Shown here: one piece after another, positions 11,011 to 20,891 of the stretch | How positions within the stretch are numbered: the stretch's first letter is position 1 | How the letters are laid out: the number at the start of each line of letters is the position of its first letter | Source of the DNA: Thecamonas trahens ATCC 50062 | Lineage: Eukaryota > Protista > Apusomonadida | DNA length: 64,000 nucleotides | Assembly (NCBI RefSeq): GCF_000142905.1 | Contig: NW_013657639.1 | Span: 222,559 to 286,558 of the forward strand | Direction of reading: 5' to 3' | Translations under genes and position numbers: made by a program | The notes under the pieces: model-generated | The model's database searches: none | The model's input: only the letters and a program-made list of their open reading frames with translations | What the model was told of the DNA's origin: nothing

Positions 11011-11691
11011 TCACTCGCCGACGAGCTTCTGCCGCAACGCCTCGTAGGCGTCGGCGGCGGTCGCCTCAAAACACAGCGAGACCGCAATGTAGAGCTGACC
11101 TGTCAGCATGTCAAAGCGCCAAAAGTGGATGATTGAGCCGAGCGCTTTGTGTGAGAACTTGCCAGCCTCCTCGCCGGCAAAGACGGTCACCTGGGCTCGG
11201 AACGAGATCTGGTCGTACTTGGCCACGTTGATGAGCAGATCGTCCGAGAGCGGAAGGAAGAGCGCACCGGTGGCAGTCTGTGACTCAGCCATAACATCGC
11301 CACCGCTTGCCCCGCCACTGCTGCTTCCCTTCTCGCCCGGGCTCCATCCGCCGCCTCCGTTCCCGCTCCCGCTCCGCGACCCGCCGCCTTGCCCGCCCCA
11401 GCCGAATCCAGTCCGACTCGGCGGAGGATGGGCCACATACAGTACGCCTTCGCCCGCAGCCACCGGAACAAACTGAAGCAGCCTTCCACCTTGCTCTCCG
11501 CTAACTGCGGCTCCCCCAGTGCCTTCCATGCCTGCTGCCGCCAGAAGCGGTGCCCGCCGCTTCCCTCGGACCGGACCGCTCAGCTCAACGCGCCGCTTGC
11601 GCGATGGCACCGACTCACCAGCGGCAAAGGCAGAAGGATGCGCTCGTGTAAGTGGCTCACTGTCAGATGCAAGGTCCATCGTTGCTGCCAT
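11011..11691 (-). CDS. Hypothetical protein with a Gly/Ser linker and a small C-terminal globular domain
   Basis: Long ORF with a globular-looking C-terminus. The start could be further upstream (11850 or beyond). Confidence 0.5.
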   Translation of the reverse strand: MAATMDLASDSEPLTRAHPSAFAAGESVPSRKRRVELSGPVRGKRRAPLLAAAGMEGTGGAAVSGEQGGRLLQFVPVAAGEGVLYVAHPPPSRTGFGWGGQGGGSRSGSGNGGGGWSPGEKGSSSGGASGGDVMAESQTATGALFLPLSDDLLINVAKYDQISFRAQVTVFAGEEAGKFSHKALGSIIHFWRFDMLTGQLYIAVSLCFEATAADAYEALRQKLVGE

Positions 11692-12443
11692 GTTGGTGAG
11701 AACAAACTCGGACGACTTGTCCCTCCACGGATGATCCGAGTGTAGTGGTGATGCTATCGCCGTTTTGTGCCCTCTTCGCCGAGCAAATGTCCCAATGTCA
11801 GCTCTCCACCCGTCAGCCGTCTCGCCGCTGAATCGCCGCACGCCGCCCATCGCGCCATCGGTTGATGGGGAGGAGGAGGAAGGGACATGCGCGCAGAACA
11901 GATACGGGAGGGGGGGGATGCGGTGGTAGAGGGGGGTTCTCCCAGGAGGACTTTGTCGCTCGATGCGGCGATGGGCAGTGGGACGTGTCGGCATCACCAT
12001 TCCACCATGATGATCCGCCGCAGCTGTACATCTGACGCCATCTCATGCCACAGACTACAGTCTTGGCGTTCGGAGCTCGCAACTGGAGGTTGAACAGACG
12101 CGGAACCGCGATAAATCCATCGAAGATCCGATGGCAAGAGACTCATCAATAGGTTGATCTGGCCAAGGACGAGATCATGCCACCATCGTGGCCCCACTAC
12201 ACTCGCTGCGGTCGCCCGAGACAAAGACGTCAGCCGAGGCAGAGCGGATCAGGTAGGATCGCCTGATGCGGCATCGATTTGACGCGCGGTCAAACCAAGC
12301 AAGAGGCCGACATGGCGGTGACGGGTGACGTCGAGAGAGGGGCGAGACCAAGACGCCAACACGCCCACATGCACCCCCCCCCCACCCACACACACACACA
12401 CACACACCTCGCTCGGGGGAACGTTGTGGTAGTTGCAAAGTTC

Positions 12444-12692
12444 ATGCGTATTGTGGTGCACATTGGTGACAAGGTGGTGTTCGTGGAGGCTGGTGAAGGT
12501 GGACAGCCTGTCCAATGGCTCGGGGCATGTGCAAGGGCGAGGTGCAAGGGCAAGACTTCGGATGGTCTCACTATGGCTCTACCTGTAGAGTATCGCAAGG
12601 CATCGCCTGATGGTCCTCTGCTCAATCCGAAGCACTACCTCGTTGACGTCTGTGCCTCGGGTGATCATGTCTTTATCCGTCTAGCCGACTGA
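12444..12692 (+). CDS. Small stand-alone Par3/HAL N-terminal-like (ubiquitin-like fold) protein
   Basis: MRIVVHIGDKVVFVEAGEGGQPVQWLGACARARC...GPLLNPKHYLVDVCASGDHVFIRLAD follows the pattern V.V......V.CGDG..V.WL...A..R...G..L...D.L.DV....D.V. Confidence 0.6.
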   Translation: MRIVVHIGDKVVFVEAGEGGQPVQWLGACARARCKGKTSDGLTMALPVEYRKASPDGPLLNPKHYLVDVCASGDHVFIRLAD

Positions 12693-12930
12693 TCGCTTTG
12701 ATGTGACGGCTGTGCTGTGGCCATGGTCTGGCCTGGTCTGATCTCGGTCCGGGGGGGTCAGCCGATGAGCCTGGCAAAGGGTCGGAGCATGTCGATGGGT
12801 GGAGTTGAGTGGGAGGGGGAGAGATCGGCTGGAAAGCGAACAACGGCTCGAGGTTCGGCGATAGGCAGTCAGCGGCTCGGAATCGGGCGGCAACTCGCCT
12901 CGGATGGGGGCCTGGCAGTGGAGGCATCGA

Positions 12931-13899
12931 TCAGAGACTGTGGATAAACTCGAGCAGTACCGCCTTGTACGCAGCCATGTCGTCAGCGTTTGCACAGGTA
13001 TACATCGGATGCGGAGAGTCGGCGAGGATGAGGAGCCGCGGCTTGCTGCCTGCGTTGGCAATCGCGCGGTGAAGCCGGACGGTGCACTGCGGCGGAACCT
13101 TGGTGTCAACAGCCGAGGTGACCATCAGCAGCGGGATGCCCGCGGCGGCAATGGCGGCAGCTTGCGCCAGCGGCGACGGTCCATCCGGTCGCCATGACGT
13201 CACCAGCCGCAACACACGCTCGACAAGCCTGCCACCGAACCCCGTGTAGCGCGCGGCGAGGACGTTGGGAATGGTATCGAAGCATCCTTCGAGAACAGCG
13301 CCGACCACCGCTACGTCGACGTCGCACGTCTCCGAGCCGAGAGCAGCGACGGCGCCTGCAACCACCGCTGCGCCGCGGGAGCAACCAAAGAGCAGGACCT
13401 TGGCTCCTGGCTCGTCCTCGCCAAGCTCGCGAAGCGCGTCCAGGACAGCCGCGATCTCGCCGTCCTGCCCCCAGTCGGTCCGGCCTGCGTCGAGCGGGCG
13501 AAACCAGCCGGGCGCCGGGTCGTCGAGGGCAACGCCGGTCCACCACGGCTCAACATACGCGCGAATGGCGTATTGCAAGAATGCAGGGACAATGTGCGGC
13601 GCCCAACGATTTGTCTGGCGCCGCGCTTCGGGGAGATCAACAAGTCGGGTCGAGGCCGGCGGCAACCAGGCGACGGGATACTGATCGGCAGACGCCGAGT
13701 AGTGTGCTGTGGAGAGAGTGTACTTTGCCATCTGCGCCTCATGCGCGCCGGTTCCGGGGATAAAGAGCACTCGCAAGCCTGCGCTGTCGATGGCGTGCGC
13801 TGGATCCATGACCGCGATAACGTCGAGTCGGAAACGCAGCAGGAGAGACAAGTGGGTGTCCACCCCCGAGCCAGGCTCCAGCCTCGCAGCCGAGCTCAT
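12931..13899 (-). CDS. Alpha/beta hydrolase
   Basis: Nucleophile elbow FGCSRGA, VLEGCFD, acid in TSAVDTKVP, His in SPHPMY. The real start may be ATG 13809. Confidence 0.82.
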   Translation of the reverse strand: MSSAARLEPGSGVDTHLSLLLRFRLDVIAVMDPAHAIDSAGLRVLFIPGTGAHEAQMAKYTLSTAHYSASADQYPVAWLPPASTRLVDLPEARRQTNRWAPHIVPAFLQYAIRAYVEPWWTGVALDDPAPGWFRPLDAGRTDWGQDGEIAAVLDALRELGEDEPGAKVLLFGCSRGAAVVAGAVAALGSETCDVDVAVVGAVLEGCFDTIPNVLAARYTGFGGRLVERVLRLVTSWRPDGPSPLAQAAAIAAAGIPLLMVTSAVDTKVPPQCTVRLHRAIANAGSKPRLLILADSPHPMYTCANADDMAAYKAVLLEFIHSL

Positions 13900-16163
13900 G
13901 TTCCCATTGGAGCGGAAGCATGGCCCTGAGCAACGACTCCGGCTTGCCCAGCGGTGAGCCCTGCATCAAAGCCGCCGTTGAAGACCGCAGCTTGCGGGCC
14001 GTTGATGAAGCGGACGGGTTGGATCGGCTGCTCGTACGAGATCCCGTGGGTTCGCAGGATTTCCTGGACCTTGAGAAGGAGGCGGGTGCGGGCGAGGACA
14101 AACTTCTTGGGCGCGTTCCATGTGACGGCGATGAGCTTGACGCGGACGTTAAATTGGAGGCGGTTCGAGTTGGTGATCTCGTCAACAAAGACCATGATCT
14201 CTTTGTCCCACGGCATGGTGCCCGAGTCGACTTTGAGAAACTCCTTGACATCGGCTTCGACCGAGGTAAACTGCTCGAGCGAGATATCAGCCTGGACCTG
14301 GAGCGAGAGGAGGAGCGCAAACTCACGCGATCGCTTGAACGAGGTGATGACCGCGCCGTAGAGCAGCGAGTTGGGAAAGACAAAGAGCCGTCCGTCCGTG
14401 GCGTAGCACTCGGTAAGGAGGAGCGAGGTCGACGAGACAATGAGCGTTGGATAGGTAAACGAACCGACGGTGACGGTGATGCGGTCGCCGTGCGAGATCG
14501 GGTGGAGGACAACGGTAAAGACAAAGGCGTTGAACGCCTGTTGGACCGTGTTGCCAAACACAAACGAGAGGCCGAGGAAGGAGCCGAGAAGCGGGAGCAC
14601 AAACTTGAGCAAGTCGATCTCGTACGAGATGAGGACCCCGACCGAGGCCGAGAGCCAGAAGACCGCGCCAGTCACGTACGCAATGATGGCAGAGATCTTG
14701 GCTCGCTCGTGGAGAACCTTGTAAAGCGTCTCGCGCGAGTTGAACACATCGGTGATGGCCGAGACTGCCGTCTCGTAGTCGACCTCCATAGTGGCGATGT
14801 TGGCACGCTTGCTTGGTGCAAACAGGGCCATGGCGGCGTCGGCCTCGGGTCCAGGCTCGAGGTAAGCCTCGACGTCGGCGATGCCAAACTTACCGACATC
14901 GCCCGGGTCGAGGTTGAGCACAATGTCCGAGGCCCGCGCCGCTGCTGCCGCTTGCTTTTCCTCCTCCGAGTGGGTAAAGACCTCAGGCTTGAGGACGGGG
15001 CCGAGGAGGGCGCGCATGGTGTAGGTGAAATCAAAGGTGACCGGCGGCTCGGGCGGGGTGACCCACTTGGAGGCGAGCTCCGGTCGGCACATCCGCAACT
15101 TTGCGACGGATGCCTCCTTGGCGAGGTGTGCCTCGAGGTCGGCGCCGTGCAGCTCGTGGTTGATGTGCTCGAGATACACCCGCTCGAGGCCGCGCTTGAC
15201 GAGATGGGCGGAAAAGACAAATAGAATAGTCGAGAGCGCCTTGTTGAGCCGGGTGTCGAGTCGCCCGCCATCAGAGTCGCCCACCACGGTCTCGAGCAGC
15301 GCGAGCGAGACGATGGCCCAGATGACCGTTGTCAGCGTCCGCTTGGAGCCATCGAGCACCACAAACGGAAACGAAAAGTACCACCGCGGCTCGGCCCGAT
15401 GGAAGATGGCGCCAATGACAACCCGAAGGGCGACCCATCCGAGTAGCTCGACTGAGAGGTACCAGAGCTGATGCTGGCGCTTGACGCCGTACGCCATCTC
15501 GTTTGCAGGCGTGAGCGCGTAGACCAGGCCACCGAGCGCGAGCGAGACCGAGAGAAACAGAATGAGCATGGCCACTGGCAGCTCGATGACCGAGCGGATC
15601 CACTGGACCCGGCCAACCTTTGGCGGCTCGAGCTCCTTCCAGCTGAGATGAACAGGGATGCCGAGCATAGGCGGGCGGACAAACTTGTGCGGCGGAGGCT
15701 TGCGGGTCCTCGCCGGCACTGACGAAATCTCGGGCATAGGTGGTGGAGCCGGAGGCGGAAGGCTTCCGATCAGCGCGCCCGACTTGAGGAGCGGAGCGGT
15801 GAGCGGGCCGGCGCCGGTCTCCACCTGGGCATTAGCCAGGCTCTGCAACTTGACCGATGATGTCAAGGTCGAGTTGAGGCCCGGACTCGCCCACGCGCCA
15901 GATCCACCGACACTAGGAGCAGTCGATGGCAGCGATTCGCCACCACCGCGACGATGACGACGACGAACCGCTGCAGACGTGGTCACTCTCAGAGGCAACG
16001 AACTCGAGTCGCCCGAGTCGCCCGAGTCGCCCGAGTCGCCCGAGTCGCCCGAGTCGCCCGAGTCGCCCGAGTCGTGCGAGATGACTTTGGTCTCGGCCTC
16101 TGGCTCGTTGCCATCCTCATTGTCGCCGCCGTATGAATACGAGTAGTCTGAGATGGCAGACAT
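13896..16163 (-). CDS. MscS-like mechanosensitive channel 3
   Basis: PPMLGIP, ERVYLEHI, DPGDVGKFGIADV, FVFGNT, LHPISHGDR, FPNSLL; start taken at MSAISDY. Confidence 0.88.
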   Translation of the reverse strand: MSAISDYSYSYGGDNEDGNEPEAETKVISHDSGDSGDSGDSGDSGDSGDSGDSSSLPLRVTTSAAVRRRHRRGGGESLPSTAPSVGGSGAWASPGLNSTLTSSVKLQSLANAQVETGAGPLTAPLLKSGALIGSLPPPAPPPMPEISSVPARTRKPPPHKFVRPPMLGIPVHLSWKELEPPKVGRVQWIRSVIELPVAMLILFLSVSLALGGLVYALTPANEMAYGVKRQHQLWYLSVELLGWVALRVVIGAIFHRAEPRWYFSFPFVVLDGSKRTLTTVIWAIVSLALLETVVGDSDGGRLDTRLNKALSTILFVFSAHLVKRGLERVYLEHINHELHGADLEAHLAKEASVAKLRMCRPELASKWVTPPEPPVTFDFTYTMRALLGPVLKPEVFTHSEEEKQAAAAARASDIVLNLDPGDVGKFGIADVEAYLEPGPEADAAMALFAPSKRANIATMEVDYETAVSAITDVFNSRETLYKVLHERAKISAIIAYVTGAVFWLSASVGVLISYEIDLLKFVLPLLGSFLGLSFVFGNTVQQAFNAFVFTVVLHPISHGDRITVTVGSFTYPTLIVSSTSLLLTECYATDGRLFVFPNSLLYGAVITSFKRSREFALLLSLQVQADISLEQFTSVEADVKEFLKVDSGTMPWDKEIMVFVDEITNSNRLQFNVRVKLIAVTWNAPKKFVLARTRLLLKVQEILRTHGISYEQPIQPVRFINGPQAAVFNGGFDAGLTAGQAGVVAQGHASAPMGT
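16006..16074. repeat. 9-bp tandem repeat (GAGTCGCCC)x7 encoding (GDS)n in MscS-3
   Basis: Directly visible in the sequence. Confidence 0.95.
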
Positions 16164-16955
16164 GGCCAAAGAGGTAGTAAATGAGGAAGGTTGTGGGTCA
16201 AGTTTGCGAGCACAAAGTCCTGGTTGGCTCAAGCTGACAGACTGGCCATTGAACGAGAGAGAGGGGCGAAGGGAGCGACAAACTGTCCATCCAGTTGTGT
16301 TGTGGAGAATGATATGATCATCATACCGGATAAGCTAGCTAAGCGCCAGATGCACCCATTGCTACATCGATGATCGATGACCATTGTAATGGGATTGTTG
16401 AACTAACACTGGTGTCTTTGTATTGGTGTGGCGCACTCCCTGTGCAGAGGGCAATGTCGATCAGTAGTTGCTGTCCCCTGCCCTGGTTGGTTCATGGTCT
16501 CACAGCCACGTTGCCGTCACACCTGCGTCACCGATCATCACCACTACCGATATTACCCTCAACATTGCGGATCATCATCGCAGATCATCGTATCACCTCA
16601 CCGATCTCCCCCCCCCCCTGACCCCCTCTCCCCTACACACACACACACGCACACGCATCAACACCTCAAACCCATTCACATCCCCGTCACCAATCACCGA
16701 TCACCGATCACCCTCATCACGCCATCAGCATCGACTAGCACCCACATCACTTCCCCTCCACACATTCCTACCATGATCCCCACCCCCCCCATCATCACCA
16801 CCACGGTCGTCAACACGGTTGTCTTGGCAAGAGCAGAGGCAAAGTGACCAAAGTCGCAGGTGCCGAACACACACCACCACCACATCCACACCCACCACTC
16901 TCTGTGTACTTGTCCTTCCCTACATAGTGTACACACACTTGTTCAGGGTGCAGTC

Positions 16956-17819
16956 ATGCGGAGAGGAAGAGTTGGGATGGACGGAGAGCCGCTGCTGAGG
17001 TCGGAGGGAGGGGTAGGGGCAGGGGCAGGGCCAGGTGGCCGAGGCAGAGCGGGAGCTGGTGGTGATGACCGTGGTGGTGATGGTGATGCGGTAGTGATCA
17101 AGTACACCTTTACTGGCAAGCTGACACTCTTCCCGCTCTTTGTCATTCTGATGTTTGCGGCGACAGGACTGCTGCTGACGAGAGGAACCCGACCGTACAA
17201 CGCAGGCTACTTTACCTCGTCTGAGGTCTACTACGGCCTCGCTGGCCTCGCCATGTTCATCACCTCGCTCTGGTGTGTCCTCGCTATTGCGCTCTGGGTT
17301 GTCTTCCGAGTCACAGTTGCTATCACCCACGAGTCGATGACAGTGACCAAGTCGGGCGTGTTCCGATCAGCGAGCCTCTCCTTTGATCGCAACGACCTCT
17401 CGCTGCACTACTTCCGTACCCACTACCTTGAGTCATCGGCCTGGCTAAAACTGGTTGTCCGTGAGGGCGAGCGGTACTACGTCCTGCTCTCGTGGAAGGG
17501 CGCTGGCGATCAAAAGGCGCGCTTTATGGAGTTCTTCAACTCGCTGCAGCGGGTGCTTGCCACTGACGGCGGCCCGCTGCCTGCCCACGACGGCCGCGAC
17601 GTCGAGCTCATCTCCCGTGACGAGATGACCTTCATCACTCCCTTTGCCGCCCGCCTCCGTGCCCTCCAGGCCTCGCACGCTGCGCTCCGAGGCGGATCGT
17701 CCATGCTCACCTCGGCCGCCAACACCACATGCCTCGAGGATCTGTCGTTCTTCAACGGCGATCGCTTCACCCGCCACTTTGTCGTCAACAAGGCCACCGG
17801 CGAGCCGCTCCTTGGCTGA
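16956..17819 (+). CDS. Hypothetical membrane protein (two TM helices plus a beta-rich soluble domain)
   Basis: Hydrophobic segments LTLFPLFVILMFAATGLLL and LAGLAMFITSLWCVLAIALWVVF; host-like codon usage. Confidence 0.7.
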   Translation: MRRGRVGMDGEPLLRSEGGVGAGAGPGGRGRAGAGGDDRGGDGDAVVIKYTFTGKLTLFPLFVILMFAATGLLLTRGTRPYNAGYFTSSEVYYGLAGLAMFITSLWCVLAIALWVVFRVTVAITHESMTVTKSGVFRSASLSFDRNDLSLHYFRTHYLESSAWLKLVVREGERYYVLLSWKGAGDQKARFMEFFNSLQRVLATDGGPLPAHDGRDVELISRDEMTFITPFAARLRALQASHAALRGGSSMLTSAANTTCLEDLSFFNGDRFTRHFVVNKATGEPLLG

Positions 17820-18134
17820 GTCGCGTCATCCACCACCAGCCCCGTTGCTCTGATCGATCCCGCGCTCCACCCTCACGCGTGCATAGCGGAATAAAAAGCC
17901 TGCAGAAGCCGCAACAACAGCAACAACCGCAACCTGCTTGGCGAGGCAGGCAGCCGGTCTCACAGCGCCAACTGGGTCAGTCTCGGCCAGTCGATGGCCT
18001 ACCGCCAGCATTTCTATCGAGTATCGATCAATGGCAGCAAAGAAAGGCGGTCGGCCGAAGTGGCGGCAGCGGCAGCGTCCGCGGCAGCAGCGGCAACAGC
18101 GGCACTGGTACTCGACTACGCGGGCAGGCAGCAG

Positions 18135-19046
18135 ATGAGCAAGAAGAGCAAGAAGATGCAGGCCGAGGCCAGCAGTGTAAAGAAGAAGCAGAAGAGCAAG
18201 AGCAAGGGGAGTAAGGAAGGGAAGAGCAAGAAGACAAAGTCGACCAGCTCGCGTACCCGCAAGGTCGTCCCTCGCAAGCAGCGGGTCGCTGCTGGTCGCA
18301 AGCGTGGCAACAAGGGCAATGTTGCCCATGTCTCAAACTTTCTGTGGAAGGATGGGAAGGAGTATGAGCGGGTGAAGCGTAAGAAGAAGGGTACGTCATA
18401 TAGGGTGGTGTGTGTGGCGGGGGGGGGGGGGGGGGGGATACGCCCAGCTGCTGCAGTTTGAGCTGCAACAAGCTGAATCGCTAGGTCTGCAGCTGCCAGC
18501 TCCTGTCATGCGACGTCGGTGATGTGAAGGTGGTGGGTGGGTCAGATCTTTGGCTTTGGGCGTGGTCGGCTGCTGATCTGCTCGTGCTCAGCGTAGTTGG
18601 CTGCTGATCTGCACCTGGTCGGCTAAGCCGGCTACTGATCTGCTCGTGCTCAGCGTCGGCTAAGCCAGCTACTGATCTGCGCCTGGCCGGCGTAGTCGAA
18701 CGCTTATCTGCGCCTGGTTGGCTAAGCCGGCTGCGGATCTACACCGGGTCGACTCTGAGCCTGTATCCGCACACACACACCCTGTGTCCATGCTCTCGCA
18801 CACAGACTCACACCATTAACTCTCCTCCTTCTCCTACTAGTCTCGCACGGCTCGCTCCGATCGTCGGAAACATCGAACCCTGATCGGTCATCATCGCCCT
18901 CACCACCGCTCTTCCTCAACGAAAAGTCGTCCGACTCGTCGATGGTTGGCACCGTCCGCTCCTCATCCTCCTCCTCCTCGGGCTCCTCCTCCTCCTCGGG
19001 CTCCTCCTCCTCCTCCTCCTCGTCATCCTCCTCCGACTCGTCGTAA
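18135..19046 (+). CDS. Two-exon basic/Ser-rich low-complexity protein (18135-18390, 18841-19046)
   Basis: Donor GTACGT at 18391; branch-like ATTAAC, pyrimidine tract and TAG at 18840. The phase-1 splice keeps frame to TAA 19044-19046. The start could be 17994. Confidence 0.55.
18568..18745. repeat. Degenerate minisatellite inside an intron (GGCTRCTGATCTGC...GGCTAAGCC units)
   Basis: About six imperfect 27-37 nt units. Confidence 0.7.
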
Positions 19047-19172
19047 ACGCCCAAGACTTACCCACATCGCCAATTCATATCTGCTCCTTTCCCTCCCCTC
19101 CGTCGCCCACGCCCACGCTCATGCCCACGCCCACTCGCCAGCTCGCCAACTCGCCACACTGCACTCTCGGCC

Positions 19173-19979
19173 ATGAGCGGTGGACGCAGCGGTCGCAGCA
19201 AGCAACAAACGTATGCTTACCTTCTCCTCCCTCCTTCTCTCTCTCTCACTCCCTCTCCCTCTCTGTCTCCCTCCTCCACTCACACATCCCCCTCCTCCCC
19301 ATCCCCGTCCCCCCATCCCCGTTCCCCCGTCCCCACCTTGCGTCCGATTTGGGTCGTGGTTTCCTCCTCTTCCTCCTCTTCCTCCTCTTCCTCCTCTTCC
19401 TCCTCTTCCTCCTCTTCTCGATCGTCTCTCACACCTTCCCCGCCACAATCAGCTGTATCATGGTGTTTGGCATTGTGTACAATGCCTCTATCGATGGCCT
19501 GCTGTGTCAGAGTACGTCATGATGTCCCTCCCCCCTCCCGATCCCCTCTCTTTGCACCCTCCCACACACACCCGTCCTGCGCACACACTCACGCCGACTG
19601 CAGCTGAAGCGCCCAAGCTCAAGCGGACTCGATCGGGACGGCACTTTGGGGTGAAGAAGGATGTGCATGACTACTGGATCTCAAAGTGGCTGGCGGCCAA
19701 TGGGCTCGAGGCTGGCAATATGGATGCCGAGGAGATCGACGATGCGCTGGCCGAGCTCGGAGTCCAGGTCGGCCAGTGGGGCCAAACGGCGAGGGCTCGT
19801 ACCTCGCCCTGCACACCGTCTCGTACACCTTCTCCTCGCCCAAGTACTTTGACTGGAGGGCGTGCCAGACGTTTGAAAAGACGGCGCTGGGCAAGATCGA
19901 CAAGCTCCGCGAGTTCTGTGCTCTGTTCGGCATCACCTACACCGAGCCGAGCTGGCTCCAGGTGGGATACGAGTGGTGA
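19173..19979 (+). CDS. Three-exon hypothetical protein (19173-19210, 19453-19511, 19604-19979) with an apparent -1 frameshift near 19780
   Basis: GTATGC and GTACGT donors with CAG acceptors splice in frame. Adding one G to GGGG joins ...VQVGQW to GPNGEGSYLALH...EPSWLQVGYEW. Confidence 0.6.
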
Positions 19980-20006
19980 GCGCTCGCGGTTTACAGGCGG
20001 CTCAGA

Positions 20007-20891
20007 CTACACGACGACGTCGTCATATGCCGGCGGCGGCGGCAGATTGGCGGCTGTTCCGCCAAACCCGGTGTAGCTCGGCAGTGGCTCGTTGTGCGGC
20101 TTGGGTTTGGGTTTGGGCACGGCTCCGCCGTACGCGCTTGTGTACGGGCGCGGCTCCTCGGACGACGATGACAGCGACTCCATCCACAAGCCCGGGTTCG
20201 GCTGATTCGAGCGCGAGTTACCGTACGTCGACGTCCGTGTTGTTGCCGGCGCCGCTGCTGGCGCGCACGACGGGCAGACGCAGCCGTCGTACTGGTCCCA
20301 GCACGGGCAGCAAGCGTCGCAGCCTTCCGAGATTTCTTCACAGTCACAGAACGTGCCGATGCCGCCAATGCAGAATACGCAGAACGAAATCAGTAACCAC
20401 AAGCCGAGCAAGATGGAGATGATCAGCGCTGCCCACGGGAACTTCTTCTCCAGAATGACCGTCGACGGATCGTCTTCGTCGTACCAACATGGGTATCTGG
20501 AGCCAACATCAAACTTGTTGAGGAACGAGGTCTTCGAACCACGTGTGTACGAGCCAGTTACAGAGTCAAACGCTGTCGTTCGGATGCAACACTGCCCAGA
20601 TTCAAGGGTCAGGTCGACCGTCACCTCGGCCCGGTAACAGATCGACCGGTTGCACACCCGCGATGACTGTCGCTTGGACTACGCCCCAGCAACGCCCGCA
20701 CATAGGTGAGCCTAAACACACGCTCTCTCCCTCTCCACTTCCTCCCCCTCTACCCCCCCCCCCCACCCCCACCCCTTCCCGTCCCGGAGCCTCTCGCTCT
20801 TCCGCACACACTCTTCCTGACTCCGTACCGACAACAAGACCTCAGACTCGCATCCTCCACGGCCCCTGCCTCTGCCTTTCCCGCGAGCCAT
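20007..20891 (-). CDS. Membrane protein with a TipE/BK-beta-like ectodomain motif and a Cys-rich tail (probable intron 20679-20828)
   Basis: FDVGSRYPCWYDEDDPSTVIL followed by TM WAALIISILLGLWLLISFCVFCIGG; PPPPAY near the C-terminus. The 5' structure is uncertain. Confidence 0.55.

Noticed and set aside
12279-12692. Rieske-type ferredoxin
   Set aside because: It has no CxH...CxxH ligands; the pattern fits a ubiquitin-like Par3/HAL domain better.
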